The notes beneath the pieces are model-generated. The model was not told the origin of the DNA and did not search any database. It saw only the letters and a program-made list of their open reading frames with translations. The translations under genes and the position numbers were made by a program. 64,000 bases of DNA from Candidatus Omnitrophota bacterium (GTDB lineage: Bacteria; Omnitrophota; Gorgyraeia; Zapsychrales; Fredricksoniimonadaceae). The DNA lies in the NCBI GenBank assembly GCA_015233675.1, contig JADFXH010000001.1, forward strand, positions 76,563 through 140,562, read 5' to 3'. Below are positions 17,218 to 29,961 of the stretch, one piece after another. Every line of letters begins with the position of its first letter. Position 1 is the stretch's first letter.

Positions 17218-19353
17218 TCACTTGCTGGCCAAAAGAATGACGCTGGACCGGGGGTTTAAACGATAACTTCGCGGATTTCCCAAAAAAAGCTCATTCCCTG
17301 CCGTAAAAAGATCTTGTGGCGCTTCGCGAGAGGTATCAACAGCCAGATACCAACAAGTTCCCAAAGCTACAGCCGGCAAAATAAAATCGACCGCTTCGGT
17401 GGACGCGTTGAACATCAATAAAATAGCGTGCTTATCATTTTCGCGAATCAAACAGGCAAATTGCTTTTCTTTCGGATTAGACCAGTTGGGAGCTTGCCCC
17501 TGCAGAGCAAACCATTGGATCTCGGCTTGCGTGTAAAATTGTTCCTTACTCAAAATCGGATGGGCAAGGCGAAAAGCGATGATACCGCGGGTGAAGTTAA
17601 AAATTTCTTTGTGCTGTTTTAAACAGTTCCAGTCATACCAGCTCGTCTCATTATCCTGGCAGTAGGCATTGTTGTTGCCAGCCTGTGTACGGCGAAATTC
17701 GTCTCCGCCCAGCAGCATAGGCACTCCGCGTGAAACTAACAGGGTCAACAGAAAATTTTTGATCTGGCATTTTCTGACAAACTCAATTGAGAGATCCGCT
17801 GTCATTCCTTCAATACCGTAATTCTCACTGATATTCTCATTTGCCCCATCGTTATTATTCTGCCTGTTGAGTTCATTGTGTTTGTATCGATAGCTCACCA
17901 GATCATTCAATGTAAAGCCATCATGACAGGTAATAAAATTTATACTATTCTGGGGCCCTTTGCCTGACTTGGCGAAGATATCCTCGCTGCCGCAGATACG
18001 GCTGGCAAAAGAACCAAGAGACCAGTCATCGCCGCGCCAAAAACGGCGGACATCGTCCCGATAGCGGTCATTCCACTCCGCCCAACGCCGGTCTGAGAAA
18101 CTGCCCACCTGATATGCTCCGGCCGCGTCCCATGGCTCAGCGATGATCTTCATATCTTTCAAAATAAGATCCTTGGCAATCCTATCTAGAACCGGGGCGT
18201 TATGCAGCAAATTACCGTTTGTGTCCCGGGCAAGGACCGAAGCCAAGTCAAAACGGAACCCATCAACATGCATCTCTTGGGTCCAATAGCGCAACGCGGT
18301 CAATATATGGTCCTGTACTACGGGATGATTGGCATTAATGGTGTTACCGGTTCCCGTGTAATTTTTATAAATAGATTTATTGTCCTCCAATATATAGAAA
18401 ATCGAATTATCGATCCCGCGAAAAGAAAGTGTTGCCCCAAATAAATCTGTCTCTGCCGTATGGTTGAACACCACGTCAAGAATCACTTCAATGCCGGCTT
18501 TGTGAAAGGCACGGACCATTTCCCTGAATTCTTGTTTCTGTTGTCCCAACCCTCCCAAACTGCTATAAGAAGCTTTGGGCGCAAAAAACACCACGGGATC
18601 ATACCCCCAATAATTTCTAAGTGATTTACCAAGAATGCTCGTTACCTGACTTTCATTGAACTCCTGTATGGGCATCAACTCGACGGCCGTCACTCCCAAT
18701 TCCTTGAAATAGGGAATTTTTTCTATTAACCCCCGGTATGTGCCGGGATTCTTTACGCCAGAGGAAGGATGGATCGTAGCGCCACGAACGTGCGTTTCAT
18801 AAATGATTGTTTTCGACCAGGGGTGCCTGGGCAGGACATCCTGTTGCCAGTCAAAAGAATCCTGCGTGATCACACATTTTGGCATAGTTCCGGCATCGTT
18901 CACCGTCGATGGGACAGAGTCCCCATCAGGCACAGACGGATTATACCCTAAAGCCGGATCAAAATCCCAAACGGGCAATCTCGTGATTGCCGTGGCATAC
19001 GGATCTAATAGAAGCTTATTGAAATTGAAACGATGGCCGGCTTTGGGCTCATAGGGGCCCTGCACGCGATAGGCATATAGCTGGCCAGGCCGGATCCCCT
19101 TGACCCAAACATGCCACACATCATTGGTGCGATTGCAATCGGGATCAAGATCAATCACACGGGACGGATTGAAATCTTCCGGGCGACCAAACAGCTCCAG
19201 CTGAACACGGCTGGCATGCTGGCTGAAGAAAGCAAAGTTCACTCCTGCGCCGCGCACACAAGTCCCCAAAGGCAATGGCACACCAACTTGGATATCAGTT
19301 GCCTTTGACACCTCTGGATTAGAACCAGGTTTCAGTATTTTAAACTTTTTCAT
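17218..19353 (-). CDS. glgX: glycogen debranching enzyme GlgX (GH13)
   Basis: GH13 catalytic motifs DVVFNHT, GFRFDLAS, EPWD and FITCHDGFTL. The ATG at 19353 is preferred over the TTG at 19374. Confidence 0.85.
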   Translation of the reverse strand: MKKFKILKPGSNPEVSKATDIQVGVPLPLGTCVRGAGVNFAFFSQHASRVQLELFGRPEDFNPSRVIDLDPDCNRTNDVWHVWVKGIRPGQLYAYRVQGPYEPKAGHRFNFNKLLLDPYATAITRLPVWDFDPALGYNPSVPDGDSVPSTVNDAGTMPKCVITQDSFDWQQDVLPRHPWSKTIIYETHVRGATIHPSSGVKNPGTYRGLIEKIPYFKELGVTAVELMPIQEFNESQVTSILGKSLRNYWGYDPVVFFAPKASYSSLGGLGQQKQEFREMVRAFHKAGIEVILDVVFNHTAETDLFGATLSFRGIDNSIFYILEDNKSIYKNYTGTGNTINANHPVVQDHILTALRYWTQEMHVDGFRFDLASVLARDTNGNLLHNAPVLDRIAKDLILKDMKIIAEPWDAAGAYQVGSFSDRRWAEWNDRYRDDVRRFWRGDDWSLGSFASRICGSEDIFAKSGKGPQNSINFITCHDGFTLNDLVSYRYKHNELNRQNNNDGANENISENYGIEGMTADLSIEFVRKCQIKNFLLTLLVSRGVPMLLGGDEFRRTQAGNNNAYCQDNETSWYDWNCLKQHKEIFNFTRGIIAFRLAHPILSKEQFYTQAEIQWFALQGQAPNWSNPKEKQFACLIRENDKHAILLMFNASTEAVDFILPAVALGTCWYLAVDTSREAPQDLFTAGNELFLGNPRSYRLNPRSSVILLASK

Positions 19354-19440
19354 AAATGAAGATAAAGGGGCCAATACCGCTATCTTTTATATAACTAACT
19401 CTTTATTATATACGATTAAAATAATAGGGACAGTATTTTA

Positions 19441-19827
19441 CTATTCTTCTTTTTTCTTTAAATATGCCATGGCTTGAAACTGTGCGAGAATATCGCCATT
19501 TTGATTTGACACAAAACCCTGATACATCCCCAACCGGCGGCTGCGGGAGATTTCTTTGACATCGGCAAAGATCTCATCGCCCAGCGCGGCGGATTTAATA
19601 AAATTTATGCTGGAATTGATAGCAAAGCCTGTTTCCTCTTGATTGTTAGCCGCCAAGGCAAAAGTATAATCAACCAAAGAAAAAATTACACCGCCATGGG
19701 CCGTATCGAGCCCATTAAGGTAATCTTCCCGGATTTTTAACTTAGCCTTGGCCCGTCCATTAACAACCTCGACAATTTCGGCGTGAAGATGTTTGGCGAA
19801 CCTGTCTTTTAACGCAAAATTCTCCAT
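19441..19827 (-). CDS. PaaI-family hotdog-fold thioesterase
   Basis: 128 aa with HGGVIFSLVDYTFALAAN. Located after paaK and the ACT gene. Confidence 0.7.
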   Translation of the reverse strand: MENFALKDRFAKHLHAEIVEVVNGRAKAKLKIREDYLNGLDTAHGGVIFSLVDYTFALAANNQEETGFAINSSINFIKSAALGDEIFADVKEISRSRRLGMYQGFVSNQNGDILAQFQAMAYLKKKEE

Positions 19828-19852
19828 CGTATTCCCTCCGGTTATTCTGGCC

Positions 19853-20284
19853 TTAAAGGTTCCCTATGTCTTTTCCGCCGATCACACGGATGCTGTTTTT
19901 AGCCAAAACCGCTATGGCTTTGTCCAGATCATCAAAGCGAAAGACCAAAATAGCTTTATTTGCCCGCTTCTCGACGAAGGCATACATGTATTCGATGTTG
20001 ACCTTATTTTCATCAAGGACTTTTAAAACTTTCGCCAATCCCCCCGGGTGGTCATCTACCTCAATAGCCACAATGTCCGTAATCGAAGCGATAAATTCAT
20101 GGACTTTAAGAATCTCCATGGCCTCTTGAGGCTTGTCCACAATCATGCGTAAAACGCCAAAATCTTCATTCTCGGCAATGGTCAGTGTTTTGATATCAAT
20201 CCCCTTCTCCCCCAAGACCCTTATGGCATCGTAAAGCCGACCTTTTTTATTCTCCAGGAATACTGAAATTTGGGTAATTTTCAT
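19853..20284 (-). CDS. ACT domain-containing protein (two ACT domains)
   Basis: 143 aa with a tandem ACT pattern. ACT genes are a common partner of paaK/ior genes. Confidence 0.7.
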   Translation of the reverse strand: MKITQISVFLENKKGRLYDAIRVLGEKGIDIKTLTIAENEDFGVLRMIVDKPQEAMEILKVHEFIASITDIVAIEVDDHPGGLAKVLKVLDENKVNIEYMYAFVEKRANKAILVFRFDDLDKAIAVLAKNSIRVIGGKDIGNL

Positions 20285-20297
20285 AAGCTGAATACTC

Positions 20298-20398
20298 CTT
20301 CCTTAAAATTCCATAAACCTTTCCATTGATTAGGTCGGGCCAACGCCCTTCCTTAAAATTCCATAAGCCTTTCCATTGATTAGGTCGGGCCAACGCCC
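20298..20398 (-). repeat. 50-nt RBS-bearing leader repeat, 2 tandem copies
   Basis: Copies start at 20298 and 20348. They fill the entire paaK stop to ACT start spacer. The 3' end reads AAGGAAGGAGT upstream of the ATG at 20284. Confidence 0.85.
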
Positions 20399-21697
20399 TT
20401 ATAATGACCTTTTATCAATGATACGTTTGGACTTGCCTTCGCTTCTTTCAATGGTCTTGGGCTCAACTAAACGGACCTTGACGCCGATGCCAAGCACCGA
20501 CTCAATTTCTTTGGCCACATGATGTTCAAAATTCTGCAGCTTTTTGACCTCATCCGAAAAAAATGATTCTTTAAGCTCAACTAAAACCTCCAGCTGATCT
20601 AAGCCCTTTTCTCGCTCGACCACAATTTGATAATGCGGCTGAGTGCCCTCAATGTTTAAAAGGACTTCTTCTATCTGCGAAGGGAAAACATTAATGCCCC
20701 GAACAACAATCATGTCATCAGTCCTCCCTAAAACTTTACTGATACGCGCAGACGTGCGGCCGCAAACACATTTTTCACAATCAATGGTCACAATGTCCCG
20801 GGTCCGGTAACGGATAAGAGGCATACCGACTTTAGTTAATGACGTGATCACCAATTCACCGCGACCAGAAGGGCCCACTGGCTTTAATGTCACGGGGTCA
20901 ATGACCTCAGGATAGAAAACATCCGAAAAAATATGCAGCCCTTTTTTACAATGACATTCACAGGCAACTCCCGGACCGATAATTTCCGAGAGGCCATAAA
21001 TATCAATTGCCTGGATGTCCCATCGTTCTTCAATATTCTGGCGCATAGCCTCGCTCCAGGGCTCGGCCCCCAAAATCCCGATTTGCCAATGACTTTTCTT
21101 AGGATCTAACCCGAGTTCCCTAGCTGTTTCTGCCATGTATAACGCATAAGAAGGTGTGCAGGCTAAAATCCTTGGCTTAAAATCCTGCATGATCTTAAGC
21201 TGACGCTTGGTCTGGCCGGAAGAACAAGGTATGACCGTCAGCCCTAAAAGCAAACTTCCGTAATGAAGCCCCAAACCGCCGGTAAAAAGTCCGTATCCGT
21301 AGGCGATCTGGATGATGTCACCCGGCAATGCACCCGCACAACACAGCGACCTGGCAATGACATCGGCCCACAGGTCAAGGTCTTCTTTACTATACCCCAC
21401 AACCGTGGGATTGCCGGTGGTGCCGCTGGATATATGAATTTCACGAATGTCCTTCATGGACGAAGAAAAAATCCCAAAAGGATAATTCTCCCTTAAATCA
21501 TCTTTAACGGTAAAAGGAAGCCTTACGATATCCTCAATGGATTTGACACTGCCGGGTGCAATTTTTGCCTCATCAAATTTCTTTTTAAAAACAGGAGATT
21601 TTTGATACACATAATCAACAATATGGCAGAGCCTTTGCGATTGAATTTTTTTTAGATCTTGCGGGTCCAAACACTCGATTTTTTCATTAAAAATCAT
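20399..21697 (-). CDS. paaK: phenylacetate-CoA ligase family (PaaK/F390 synthetase-like)
   Basis: 432 aa, SSGTTGNPT AMP-binding motif, YRTRD. Confidence 0.85.
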   Translation of the reverse strand: MIFNEKIECLDPQDLKKIQSQRLCHIVDYVYQKSPVFKKKFDEAKIAPGSVKSIEDIVRLPFTVKDDLRENYPFGIFSSSMKDIREIHISSGTTGNPTVVGYSKEDLDLWADVIARSLCCAGALPGDIIQIAYGYGLFTGGLGLHYGSLLLGLTVIPCSSGQTKRQLKIMQDFKPRILACTPSYALYMAETARELGLDPKKSHWQIGILGAEPWSEAMRQNIEERWDIQAIDIYGLSEIIGPGVACECHCKKGLHIFSDVFYPEVIDPVTLKPVGPSGRGELVITSLTKVGMPLIRYRTRDIVTIDCEKCVCGRTSARISKVLGRTDDMIVVRGINVFPSQIEEVLLNIEGTQPHYQIVVEREKGLDQLEVLVELKESFFSDEVKKLQNFEHHVAKEIESVLGIGVKVRLVEPKTIERSEGKSKRIIDKRSL

Positions 21698-21721
21698 GTC
21701 TTATCTCCTGCGTTGCAGCCT

Positions 21722-21854
21722 GGTTCTTGCAAGTTATGCATGAGAAGAGATATTGTTTGCTCAACGGGATATTTTCGCCGTTGAGCAAACAATATCTCTT
21801 CTCATGCATAACACCCATTCCTTGCACACGCGTTTTCATATAACTTTTGACACT
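21722..21854 (-). repeat. intercistronic framework element with short family-A hairpin (iorB|paaK spacer)
   Basis: Truncated left end ggttcttgcaag and right end cttttgacactacc. The right end overlaps the last codons and stop of iorB. Confidence 0.7.
21734..21812. mobile_element. family-A inverted repeat, 79-bp deletion derivative (perfect ~34-bp stem)
   Basis: ttatgcatgagaagagatattgtttgctcaacgg / ccgttgagcaaacaatatctcttctcatgcataa. Confidence 0.75.
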
Positions 21855-22345
21855 ACCTGCCTGCGGCCTTGATAAAAATATTCTTTATTCTTATCTTGCT
21901 TTCGGCTAAAGGTGTCATTAATGGCTTTTAGCCAAGAGTCCTCTTTAATTGGTAAAAATGAAGAAACAACCCCTAACATGAAAGCATTTAAAAAAATTTT
22001 TTGTTCACCAACCACCTTATGGGCTTTAGTCAAGTAAGAATATAAATCTATTCCGCCTTTTCTCAATTCCGAAATCAGCCTCGGGTATTCACTCTCATAT
22101 AAACACACCAAAATATCCACCTTCCCTTGTTCAGGCAGTGGTGACAAGACACAAGCTCCAAAGCGCACATAGGATTCCACAGACCCGCCGCGCTGGGCCA
22201 TGCCCTTGACTTCAGACTTTTTGACATGATAGCCGTCGTTAAGTGCCGCCAACGCACAGATCTCAGAGGCAGACAAAACGCCCTGGCCCCCTATCCCAAA
22301 AAACAATATATTGGTTGTCTTGATTTTATCGCTCACTGATCGCAT
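21836..22345 (-). CDS. iorB: indolepyruvate:ferredoxin oxidoreductase subunit beta
   Basis: 169 aa with GIGGQGVLSASE... Follows iorA with a short overlap. Confidence 0.8.
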   Translation of the reverse strand: MRSVSDKIKTTNILFFGIGGQGVLSASEICALAALNDGYHVKKSEVKGMAQRGGSVESYVRFGACVLSPLPEQGKVDILVCLYESEYPRLISELRKGGIDLYSYLTKAHKVVGEQKIFLNAFMLGVVSSFLPIKEDSWLKAINDTFSRKQDKNKEYFYQGRRQVVSKVI

Positions 22346-24053
22346 TTAAATTACAAACCTGCAGGCATACCCCGCAGCCGGTACATAAAAGTTTATCAAT
22401 ATAAAGAGAGTCTTTTTGGTCCCTGATAATGGCAGGGCAATCCAGTTTTAAACACAGGCCGCAGTCTTTACAAAGCTTTTGGTCTATTTTTAACGAAGGT
22501 TTTCTTGAGGGATCAATGATCTTGCAGGGGTGCCGTGCAATAATAACGGACAACTTATCCTCCTCAACCCTTATTTTTAAAAGTTTTTCGAATGCCTTTA
22601 AGTCGTAGGGGTCAACCACATCAACCCAGTCTACACCTGCCGCTTTACAAATATCTTCCAAGACAAGCTGCTTGGTCTTTTTGCCCTGCAAAGTCACTCC
22701 GGTAGATGGATTTTCCTGGGCGCCTGTCATCGCGGTGGTAGCGTTATCCATAATGACAACGACGCCTTTGGTATTATTATAAACGGCACTGATAAGTCCG
22801 CTTATACCGGTATGAATAAAGGTGGAATCGCCGATAACAGCGACGACTTTTTGCCCGGGGTTGCTCTTGCCTATTCCTTCAAAAAAAGGGATACTGGCCC
22901 CCATGCATATCTGGGTATGCAAGGCGGCAAGCGGCTCCAAAGCACCCAAGGTGTAACAGCCGATATCTCCGGCGACGTAATACCTCAATTTTTTCAAAGC
23001 ATAAAAGGCCGGGCGGTGCGGACATCCCGGACACAACAGCGGGCGCCGGGATTTCATGGGCTGTTCGTCGCGTTCTTTTTGGTCCACGATTTGCCTAACC
23101 GCATGAGGGCTTAGCTCCCCGCAACGCCAAGAAGATTTTTTGCCGATGAACTTAATTCCCTCCTGTTTGAGCTGTTCTTCCAAGAAGGGCTCAAGCTCTT
23201 CAATGACATAAAGCTTATTGATCTTCTTGGCAAATGCTTTTATTTTATTAATCGGAAAAGGAAATGACATGCCTAAAGTTAATAAAGAAGCATCCGGGTA
23301 AACTTCTTTTGTATAAAGGGCACAAATACCGCTGGTAATAAATCCTATCTTTCTATCTTTGATTTCTGCCCGGTTAAGAGGGGTATTCTCTGAATATTCC
23401 TGTAAACGCATCAGGCGCTTTTCTAAATCCACATGACGTGCCCGGGCATGACCGGGAACCATCACATATTTTGAAATATTCCGATCCAAAGGACGGATTG
23501 GCACTTGACGTGAGGCGTCCATTTCAAAAGATTCTTTTGTATGGGAGATCCTGGTTGTTATCCGAAATAGGACAGGGATATCAAACTTTTCGCTGATTTG
23601 ATAGGCTTCTCCAATAAAACGATACGCCTCACTGGGGCTGGACGGTTCTATTAACGGAATTTTAGCAAACGGCGCAATCCGACGGCTGTCCTGCTCGTTT
23701 TGCGAAGAGAACATCCCCGGGTCATCAGCAACTACGACCAAGAACCCTGCATTTACCCCGCTATAAGCGGTTGTCATCAAAGGGTCCATGGCCACATTTA
23801 ATCCTACATGTTTACAGGCTGTCAGCGCTCTTTTGCCGCCGATACAAGCACCAAAGGCGGCTTCATAGGCAACTTTTTCATTGACCGCCCACTGAGCCTC
23901 AAGGCAATCAAAAGACGACAAGGCCTCTAAGATTTCTGTGGAAGGTGTTCCCGGATATCCGGAGGCAAAACAAACGCCGGCGGCCCAAGCTCCCCAGGCA
24001 ACCGCCTCATTACCGGACAATAAAACAATATTTTTCTGCGCTGATGTTGGCAT
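22326..24053 (-). CDS. iorA: indolepyruvate:ferredoxin oxidoreductase subunit alpha
   Basis: 575 aa. TPP-binding region GDSTFIHTG and two C-terminal 4Fe-4S motifs (CKDCGLCLKLDCP, CTGCGVCLQVC). Confidence 0.85.
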   Translation of the reverse strand: MPTSAQKNIVLLSGNEAVAWGAWAAGVCFASGYPGTPSTEILEALSSFDCLEAQWAVNEKVAYEAAFGACIGGKRALTACKHVGLNVAMDPLMTTAYSGVNAGFLVVVADDPGMFSSQNEQDSRRIAPFAKIPLIEPSSPSEAYRFIGEAYQISEKFDIPVLFRITTRISHTKESFEMDASRQVPIRPLDRNISKYVMVPGHARARHVDLEKRLMRLQEYSENTPLNRAEIKDRKIGFITSGICALYTKEVYPDASLLTLGMSFPFPINKIKAFAKKINKLYVIEELEPFLEEQLKQEGIKFIGKKSSWRCGELSPHAVRQIVDQKERDEQPMKSRRPLLCPGCPHRPAFYALKKLRYYVAGDIGCYTLGALEPLAALHTQICMGASIPFFEGIGKSNPGQKVVAVIGDSTFIHTGISGLISAVYNNTKGVVVIMDNATTAMTGAQENPSTGVTLQGKKTKQLVLEDICKAAGVDWVDVVDPYDLKAFEKLLKIRVEEDKLSVIIARHPCKIIDPSRKPSLKIDQKLCKDCGLCLKLDCPAIIRDQKDSLYIDKLLCTGCGVCLQVCNLNAISER

Positions 24054-24070
24054 TAAAATAAATTAATGAA

Positions 24071-24099
24071 TTAAGATGCTTCGCTTTGCTCAGCATGAC
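24071..24099. repeat. GAAGGATC/GTCATYCTGA-family REP-like repeat (single arm)
   Basis: ttaagatgcttcgctttgctcagcatgac, between iorA and metX. Confidence 0.55.
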
Positions 24100-24119
24100 G
24101 ATAGATTAGAGCCGTACGG

Positions 24120-25277
24120 TTAGATTGCGTAACCATCTGTTCCCTCATGATCCATAAAGATTTTCTTTAAAAAATGTCCGATCAAATGGGTTTCTTCGTG
24201 AATTTCCAGAAGAAAAGCGTCGTGTCCATAGGTAGAATCAACTTCACAGTAGGTTACGTCTGTCCCGACTAATTTAAGGGCCCTTACAATTTCCCTTGAT
24301 TGATACGCCGGATAAAGCCAATCTGACTTAAACGAAATAACCAGTAGTTTTGCTTTTATTTGTTCAAACACCTCTTGCAAAGGCCTGCCATGGGCGGCAT
24401 CAAAATTATCCATGGCCTTGGTAATGTAAAGGTATGAATTCGCATCAAAACGTTTAACGAAATTATCCCCCCGATAACGCAAATACCCTTCTACCTCGAA
24501 ATCAGCAGTAAATTTGAAAGGCTGAGCATCATTTGTCTTTCGCCTGCCAAATTTTTCCACCATTGATAAATCACTCATATATGTAATATGGCCTATCATC
24601 CGGGCAACTGCCAATCCCTTGTCAGGGAAAGGGCCTCCATAATAGTGACCAGATTTCCAGTGTGAATCCGCCATAACTGCCTGTCTGCCAACCTCGTTAA
24701 AGGCTATCTGTTGGGGAGAATGCTTGGTAGAAGTTGCAATAGGTATGGCACTGCAGATCCTGTCGCTGTATTTAACCAGCCATGCCAAAGTCTGCATCCC
24801 CCCCATTGAGCCCCCAACAACTGACAACAATTTTTCAATCCCCAAATGATCAATAAGGAGCTTTTGAGCATCGACAATATCCCAGATACTTATCAAAGGA
24901 AAATCAAGCGCGTAAGGATTCCCTGTCTCCGGATTGATGCTTGAAGGTCCCGTAGAACCCTTACATCCTCCCAGAACATTGGAACAAATAATAAAGTATT
25001 TGTTTGTATCAAAAGCCCTGCCGGGACCTACCATCGAATCCCACCAACCGGTATTATTCTGCCCTTCATGAATACCGGCGAGGTGAGCATCACCTGTCAA
25101 GGCATGAAGGACTAAAATAGCATTGGACTTTTCCTTATTCAATGTACCGTACGTTTCATAGGCTATGGTAATGGGCCCGAATATGTCGCCATTTTCAAGC
25201 GCTAAACGATCAAAAGTAAAATGATGTGTTTTGACAATTCCAACCCCATTGTCATCCTGTTCAATTTGATCTGTCAT
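24120..25277 (-). CDS. metX: homoserine O-acetyltransferase
   Basis: Alpha/beta hydrolase with GGSMGGMQ. The ATG at 25277 forms an ATGA overlap with the cysK stop, so this start is preferred over the track start at 25301. Confidence 0.85.
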   Translation of the reverse strand: MTDQIEQDDNGVGIVKTHHFTFDRLALENGDIFGPITIAYETYGTLNKEKSNAILVLHALTGDAHLAGIHEGQNNTGWWDSMVGPGRAFDTNKYFIICSNVLGGCKGSTGPSSINPETGNPYALDFPLISIWDIVDAQKLLIDHLGIEKLLSVVGGSMGGMQTLAWLVKYSDRICSAIPIATSTKHSPQQIAFNEVGRQAVMADSHWKSGHYYGGPFPDKGLAVARMIGHITYMSDLSMVEKFGRRKTNDAQPFKFTADFEVEGYLRYRGDNFVKRFDANSYLYITKAMDNFDAAHGRPLQEVFEQIKAKLLVISFKSDWLYPAYQSREIVRALKLVGTDVTYCEVDSTYGHDAFLLEIHEETHLIGHFLKKIFMDHEGTDGYAI

Positions 25278-26209
25278 ACCGTCCTCTCTTGAAAAAGCCA
25301 TGTAGATAAGTAACGCTCACCAGTATCCGGCAGGATAACCACAATGAGCTTCCCTTTGTTTTCTTTTCGTTTCGCTACTTGCAAAGCCGCCCAAAGAGCG
25401 GCACCGCTTGAAATGCCTCCCAGGATCCCTTCTTGTTTCGCAAGCTGTCTTGCGGTTTCTCCAGCGTCATCATTGCTGACTTTGATGACTTCATCTACAA
25501 CGGCACGATTTAAAACTTTCGGGATAAACCCTGCCCCTATCCCCTGGATTTTATGAGGGCCGGGCGCCCCTCCGGATAAAACAGGAGAAGCCGCAGGCTC
25601 AATAGCGATCGCCTGAAAAGAAGGTTTTCTTTTTTTTATGACTTCGGAAACTCCTGTAATTGTACCACCCGTTCCCACTCCGGAAATAAGAATATCAACT
25701 TGTCCATCAGTATCATTCCAAATTTCTTCAGCAGTTGTTTTACGGTGTATCTCGGGATTTGCGGGATTATTAAATTGCTGGGGCACAAAACTATTTGGAG
25801 TGACTTTGGCCAATTCTTCAGCTTTTTCAATAGCACCTTTCATGCCTTTTGCCCCTTCTGTTAAAACAAGCTCTGCCCCAAAAATCTTAAGCAATTGCCT
25901 GCGTTCGAGGCTCATCGTATCAGGCATGGTCAAGATAAGCTTATATCCTTTTGCCGCAGCGATAAACGCGAGGGCTATTCCTGTATTTCCGCTCGTAGGC
26001 TCTATGATCACCGAACTCTTATTTAAAACACCTCTCTTTTCCGCATCTTCAATAAGCGCTATCCCCAAACGATCTTTTACGCTTGAAAGCGGATTAAACG
26101 ACTCTATTTTTACGACTACTGTCGCTTCTGACCCTTCGGTAATCCGGTTAAGCTTCACTAAAGGGGTATTGCCGATGGTCTTTGTGATATCAGGATATAT
26201 TTTCCCCAT
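25274..26209 (-). CDS. cysK: cysteine synthase A / O-acetylserine sulfhydrylase
   Basis: 311 aa. PLP-lysine region NPLSSVKDR, then [12 protein letters not shown] and [10 protein letters not shown]. Confidence 0.85.
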   Translation of the reverse strand: MGKIYPDITKTIGNTPLVKLNRITEGSEATVVVKIESFNPLSSVKDRLGIALIEDAEKRGVLNKSSVIIEPTSGNTGIALAFIAAAKGYKLILTMPDTMSLERRQLLKIFGAELVLTEGAKGMKGAIEKAEELAKVTPNSFVPQQFNNPANPEIHRKTTAEEIWNDTDGQVDILISGVGTGGTITGVSEVIKKRKPSFQAIAIEPAASPVLSGGAPGPHKIQGIGAGFIPKVLNRAVVDEVIKVSNDDAGETARQLAKQEGILGGISSGAALWAALQVAKRKENKGKLIVVILPDTGERYLSTWLFQERTV

Positions 26210-26218
26210 AGCATGCTC

Positions 26219-26270
26219 CTTCCATATAATCCCACTAAGTTTTCCTATTGATTAGGTCGAGCCAACGCCC
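26219..26270 (-). repeat. 50-nt RBS-bearing leader repeat, 1 copy
   Basis: cttccatataatcccactaagttttcctattgattaggtcgagccaacgccc. It supplies the GGAAGGAGC SD of cysK. Confidence 0.8.
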
Positions 26271-26283
26271 TTATGCTTTAGTT

Positions 26284-27739
<1,456 letters not shown>

Positions 27740-27931
27740 TTAATAATTAAAGTTCTTTCGTATTTACTGAACCACTTTAATTTACGCAACTGCGATGGAC
27801 AGCAATTGTATATATAATTTTTATTAACAATCCTATTTATGTGTCCAATGAATAAAAAGAACGATAATTAACTATACAGTGTATTAGTTTAGCACCAATA
27901 TTGTTTTTATCAAATATTGCTCATAGTATAA

Positions 27932-27953
27932 GAGACGCCATTTATGGCGTCTC
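27932..27953 (-). terminator. hairpin after the APC permease gene (weak terminator candidate)
   Basis: gagacgccatttatggcgtctc, a perfect 9-bp stem. The downstream U-tract is poor. Confidence 0.35.
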
Positions 27954-27967
27954 AAAACAACAAATCC

Positions 27968-29932
27968 TCATACCCGGATGGGCAGGATCATGAAAGGGAC
28001 CCCTTTTTGGTACAATCTCCTTTGAATTGAAAAAACAGTGTCATTATGCAAATACCGTGTCATGAAAGTCTCTTCAGCAAAAACTAATTGTCCTCCAAAA
28101 AAAACAGCACCCGGATAACTGGCAATAATCTGATGGACCGCATTTTCAATTTCATTGACAATCTCAGTCCCTAAACGGGAGACTCCTTGCGCGTAATAAC
28201 CTTGATTATTCATAAATTTCACATAACGCGTCAAATCACTCTTTATGGAAATTTCCAAATGATGCAATTCCTCAACGCCCTTGAAATTTCCCGCGTCAAT
28301 AACACCGACTTGAAGAAAAACAAAATTCCGAAATTCTTTGCCAAAATACCGGACCACGCCCATCAGCGTATGCAATCCCAGGCCGTTAAAACCATTGACT
28401 AAAACAACGGCTGTTTTGGCCGTCTTATCAAATTGCGTCGACGGATGCCCGCTTTGCGTGATATCCTTTGAAGCTGTCTCTACCAAAGCATTGAGCCTTT
28501 TTAACATCATCAAAGTCTGCTTATAATGCTTACGAATGGCAAGGGCCACAGCTACCAGTGATGCCGTTATTACAACCGTTGCCCACCCGCCTTCCTGAAA
28601 CTTAAGGATGATCATCGTAAACAAAATAAATGTAGTCATCACCAGTCCTGTACCGTTAATCATTATTTTCTTTTTCCAGGCAGATTCTTCTCTTCTAACA
28701 TTCCACCAATGACGCACCATTCCGGCCTGAGACAAACAGAAAGTAATAAATACATTGATACTATAAAGGATGACTAGCAAATGGACAGATCCTCCTGTCA
28801 GACAGACGGTGAGCAAAGCGGCAACCCCCATAAGGATGACACCATTCTGTGAAACCAGGCGGTCGCTTAAAGATATGAATTTAGTAGGAAACCAGCGGTC
28901 CTTAGCCATATTCGCCAAAACCCGGGGACCTCCCAGAAATCCGGTCTGCGCCGCAACAAAAAGTAATGCCGCTTCAGAAATTAGGGTCACCAAAACAAAG
29001 CTATGTCCCCACGGTTGAGGCCATGAGTAAACAATATTATCTAAAAGCGTTGCGTTTAGCGTTTTGTTAGGCTGATGCTGGACATTAAAAAGAAGATAGG
29101 CAATGGTTAATCCCGCAACTGTGAAGGCCAAAGAAAATGCCATATAGCTCATGGTTTTTTGGCCGGTTTTTACCCTTGGTTCCCGTAATATAGCCATGCC
29201 GTTGCTGACAGCTTCAATACCGGTAAAAGTTCCAGCTCCCATGCTATAAGCACGCAGGACCAAAAATATCAATCCTGCGATTCCTATCTGAGAGCTCACC
29301 GAATTGGCATCATGCCAGCTGGAGGAAAAGACCTGCGGCAGGTGTCCCGCGTGTATAAAAAAAGCAAATACAATAGCAACCGCATGCGTAAAAATAAAAA
29401 TAAGGAAGATGGGGGTCAACGTAATGACGGATTCCTTAACCCCCCTGATATTCATGACTATCATGATTAAAATCACAGCCAGGACACTAACAAATTTATA
29501 CGGATGCCAGATAACCGGCAAAAGACTGAAAAGAGCATCCATGCCGCTGACGATGGACACAGAGATTGTCAGCACATAATCAATAAGGAGCGCGCATCCG
29601 GAAATCATTCCCAGCATGGGATTGAGGAGTTTTCCAGCTACCAGATATCCTCCGCCACCTGAAGGAAATAGTTCGATGATCTGAGAATAGCTGGCGCTGA
29701 TAACAAAAACGGTCAATGCAGATAAAGCAGCAACAAAAAGGCATAAACCAACATGCCCATTTAAAGCTAAAAACGCTTCTTCAGGGCCATAGCATGATGA
29801 AGAAAGCCCATCCGCCCCAAGCCCGACCCATGCCAGAAAGGCAATTAAAGACAGCGCGTGAAAAATATTTTTATCGTTTAAATTCTTCGCTTCACCGACA
29901 ATTATTCTTTTGATCTTGCCAAAAGGAGACAT
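27968..29932 (-). CDS. APC-superfamily permease with a large cytoplasmic C-terminal domain
   Basis: 654 aa, about 12 TM helices, N-terminal GLGADGLSSSCYGPEEAF pattern. Substrate unknown. Confidence 0.6.
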   Translation of the reverse strand: MSPFGKIKRIIVGEAKNLNDKNIFHALSLIAFLAWVGLGADGLSSSCYGPEEAFLALNGHVGLCLFVAALSALTVFVISASYSQIIELFPSGGGGYLVAGKLLNPMLGMISGCALLIDYVLTISVSIVSGMDALFSLLPVIWHPYKFVSVLAVILIMIVMNIRGVKESVITLTPIFLIFIFTHAVAIVFAFFIHAGHLPQVFSSSWHDANSVSSQIGIAGLIFLVLRAYSMGAGTFTGIEAVSNGMAILREPRVKTGQKTMSYMAFSLAFTVAGLTIAYLLFNVQHQPNKTLNATLLDNIVYSWPQPWGHSFVLVTLISEAALLFVAAQTGFLGGPRVLANMAKDRWFPTKFISLSDRLVSQNGVILMGVAALLTVCLTGGSVHLLVILYSINVFITFCLSQAGMVRHWWNVRREESAWKKKIMINGTGLVMTTFILFTMIILKFQEGGWATVVITASLVAVALAIRKHYKQTLMMLKRLNALVETASKDITQSGHPSTQFDKTAKTAVVLVNGFNGLGLHTLMGVVRYFGKEFRNFVFLQVGVIDAGNFKGVEELHHLEISIKSDLTRYVKFMNNQGYYAQGVSRLGTEIVNEIENAVHQIIASYPGAVFFGGQLVFAEETFMTRYLHNDTVFSIQRRLYQKGVPFMILPIRV

Positions 29933-29961
29933 TTCAATCCAAAATTTATTCTACCAGTTAA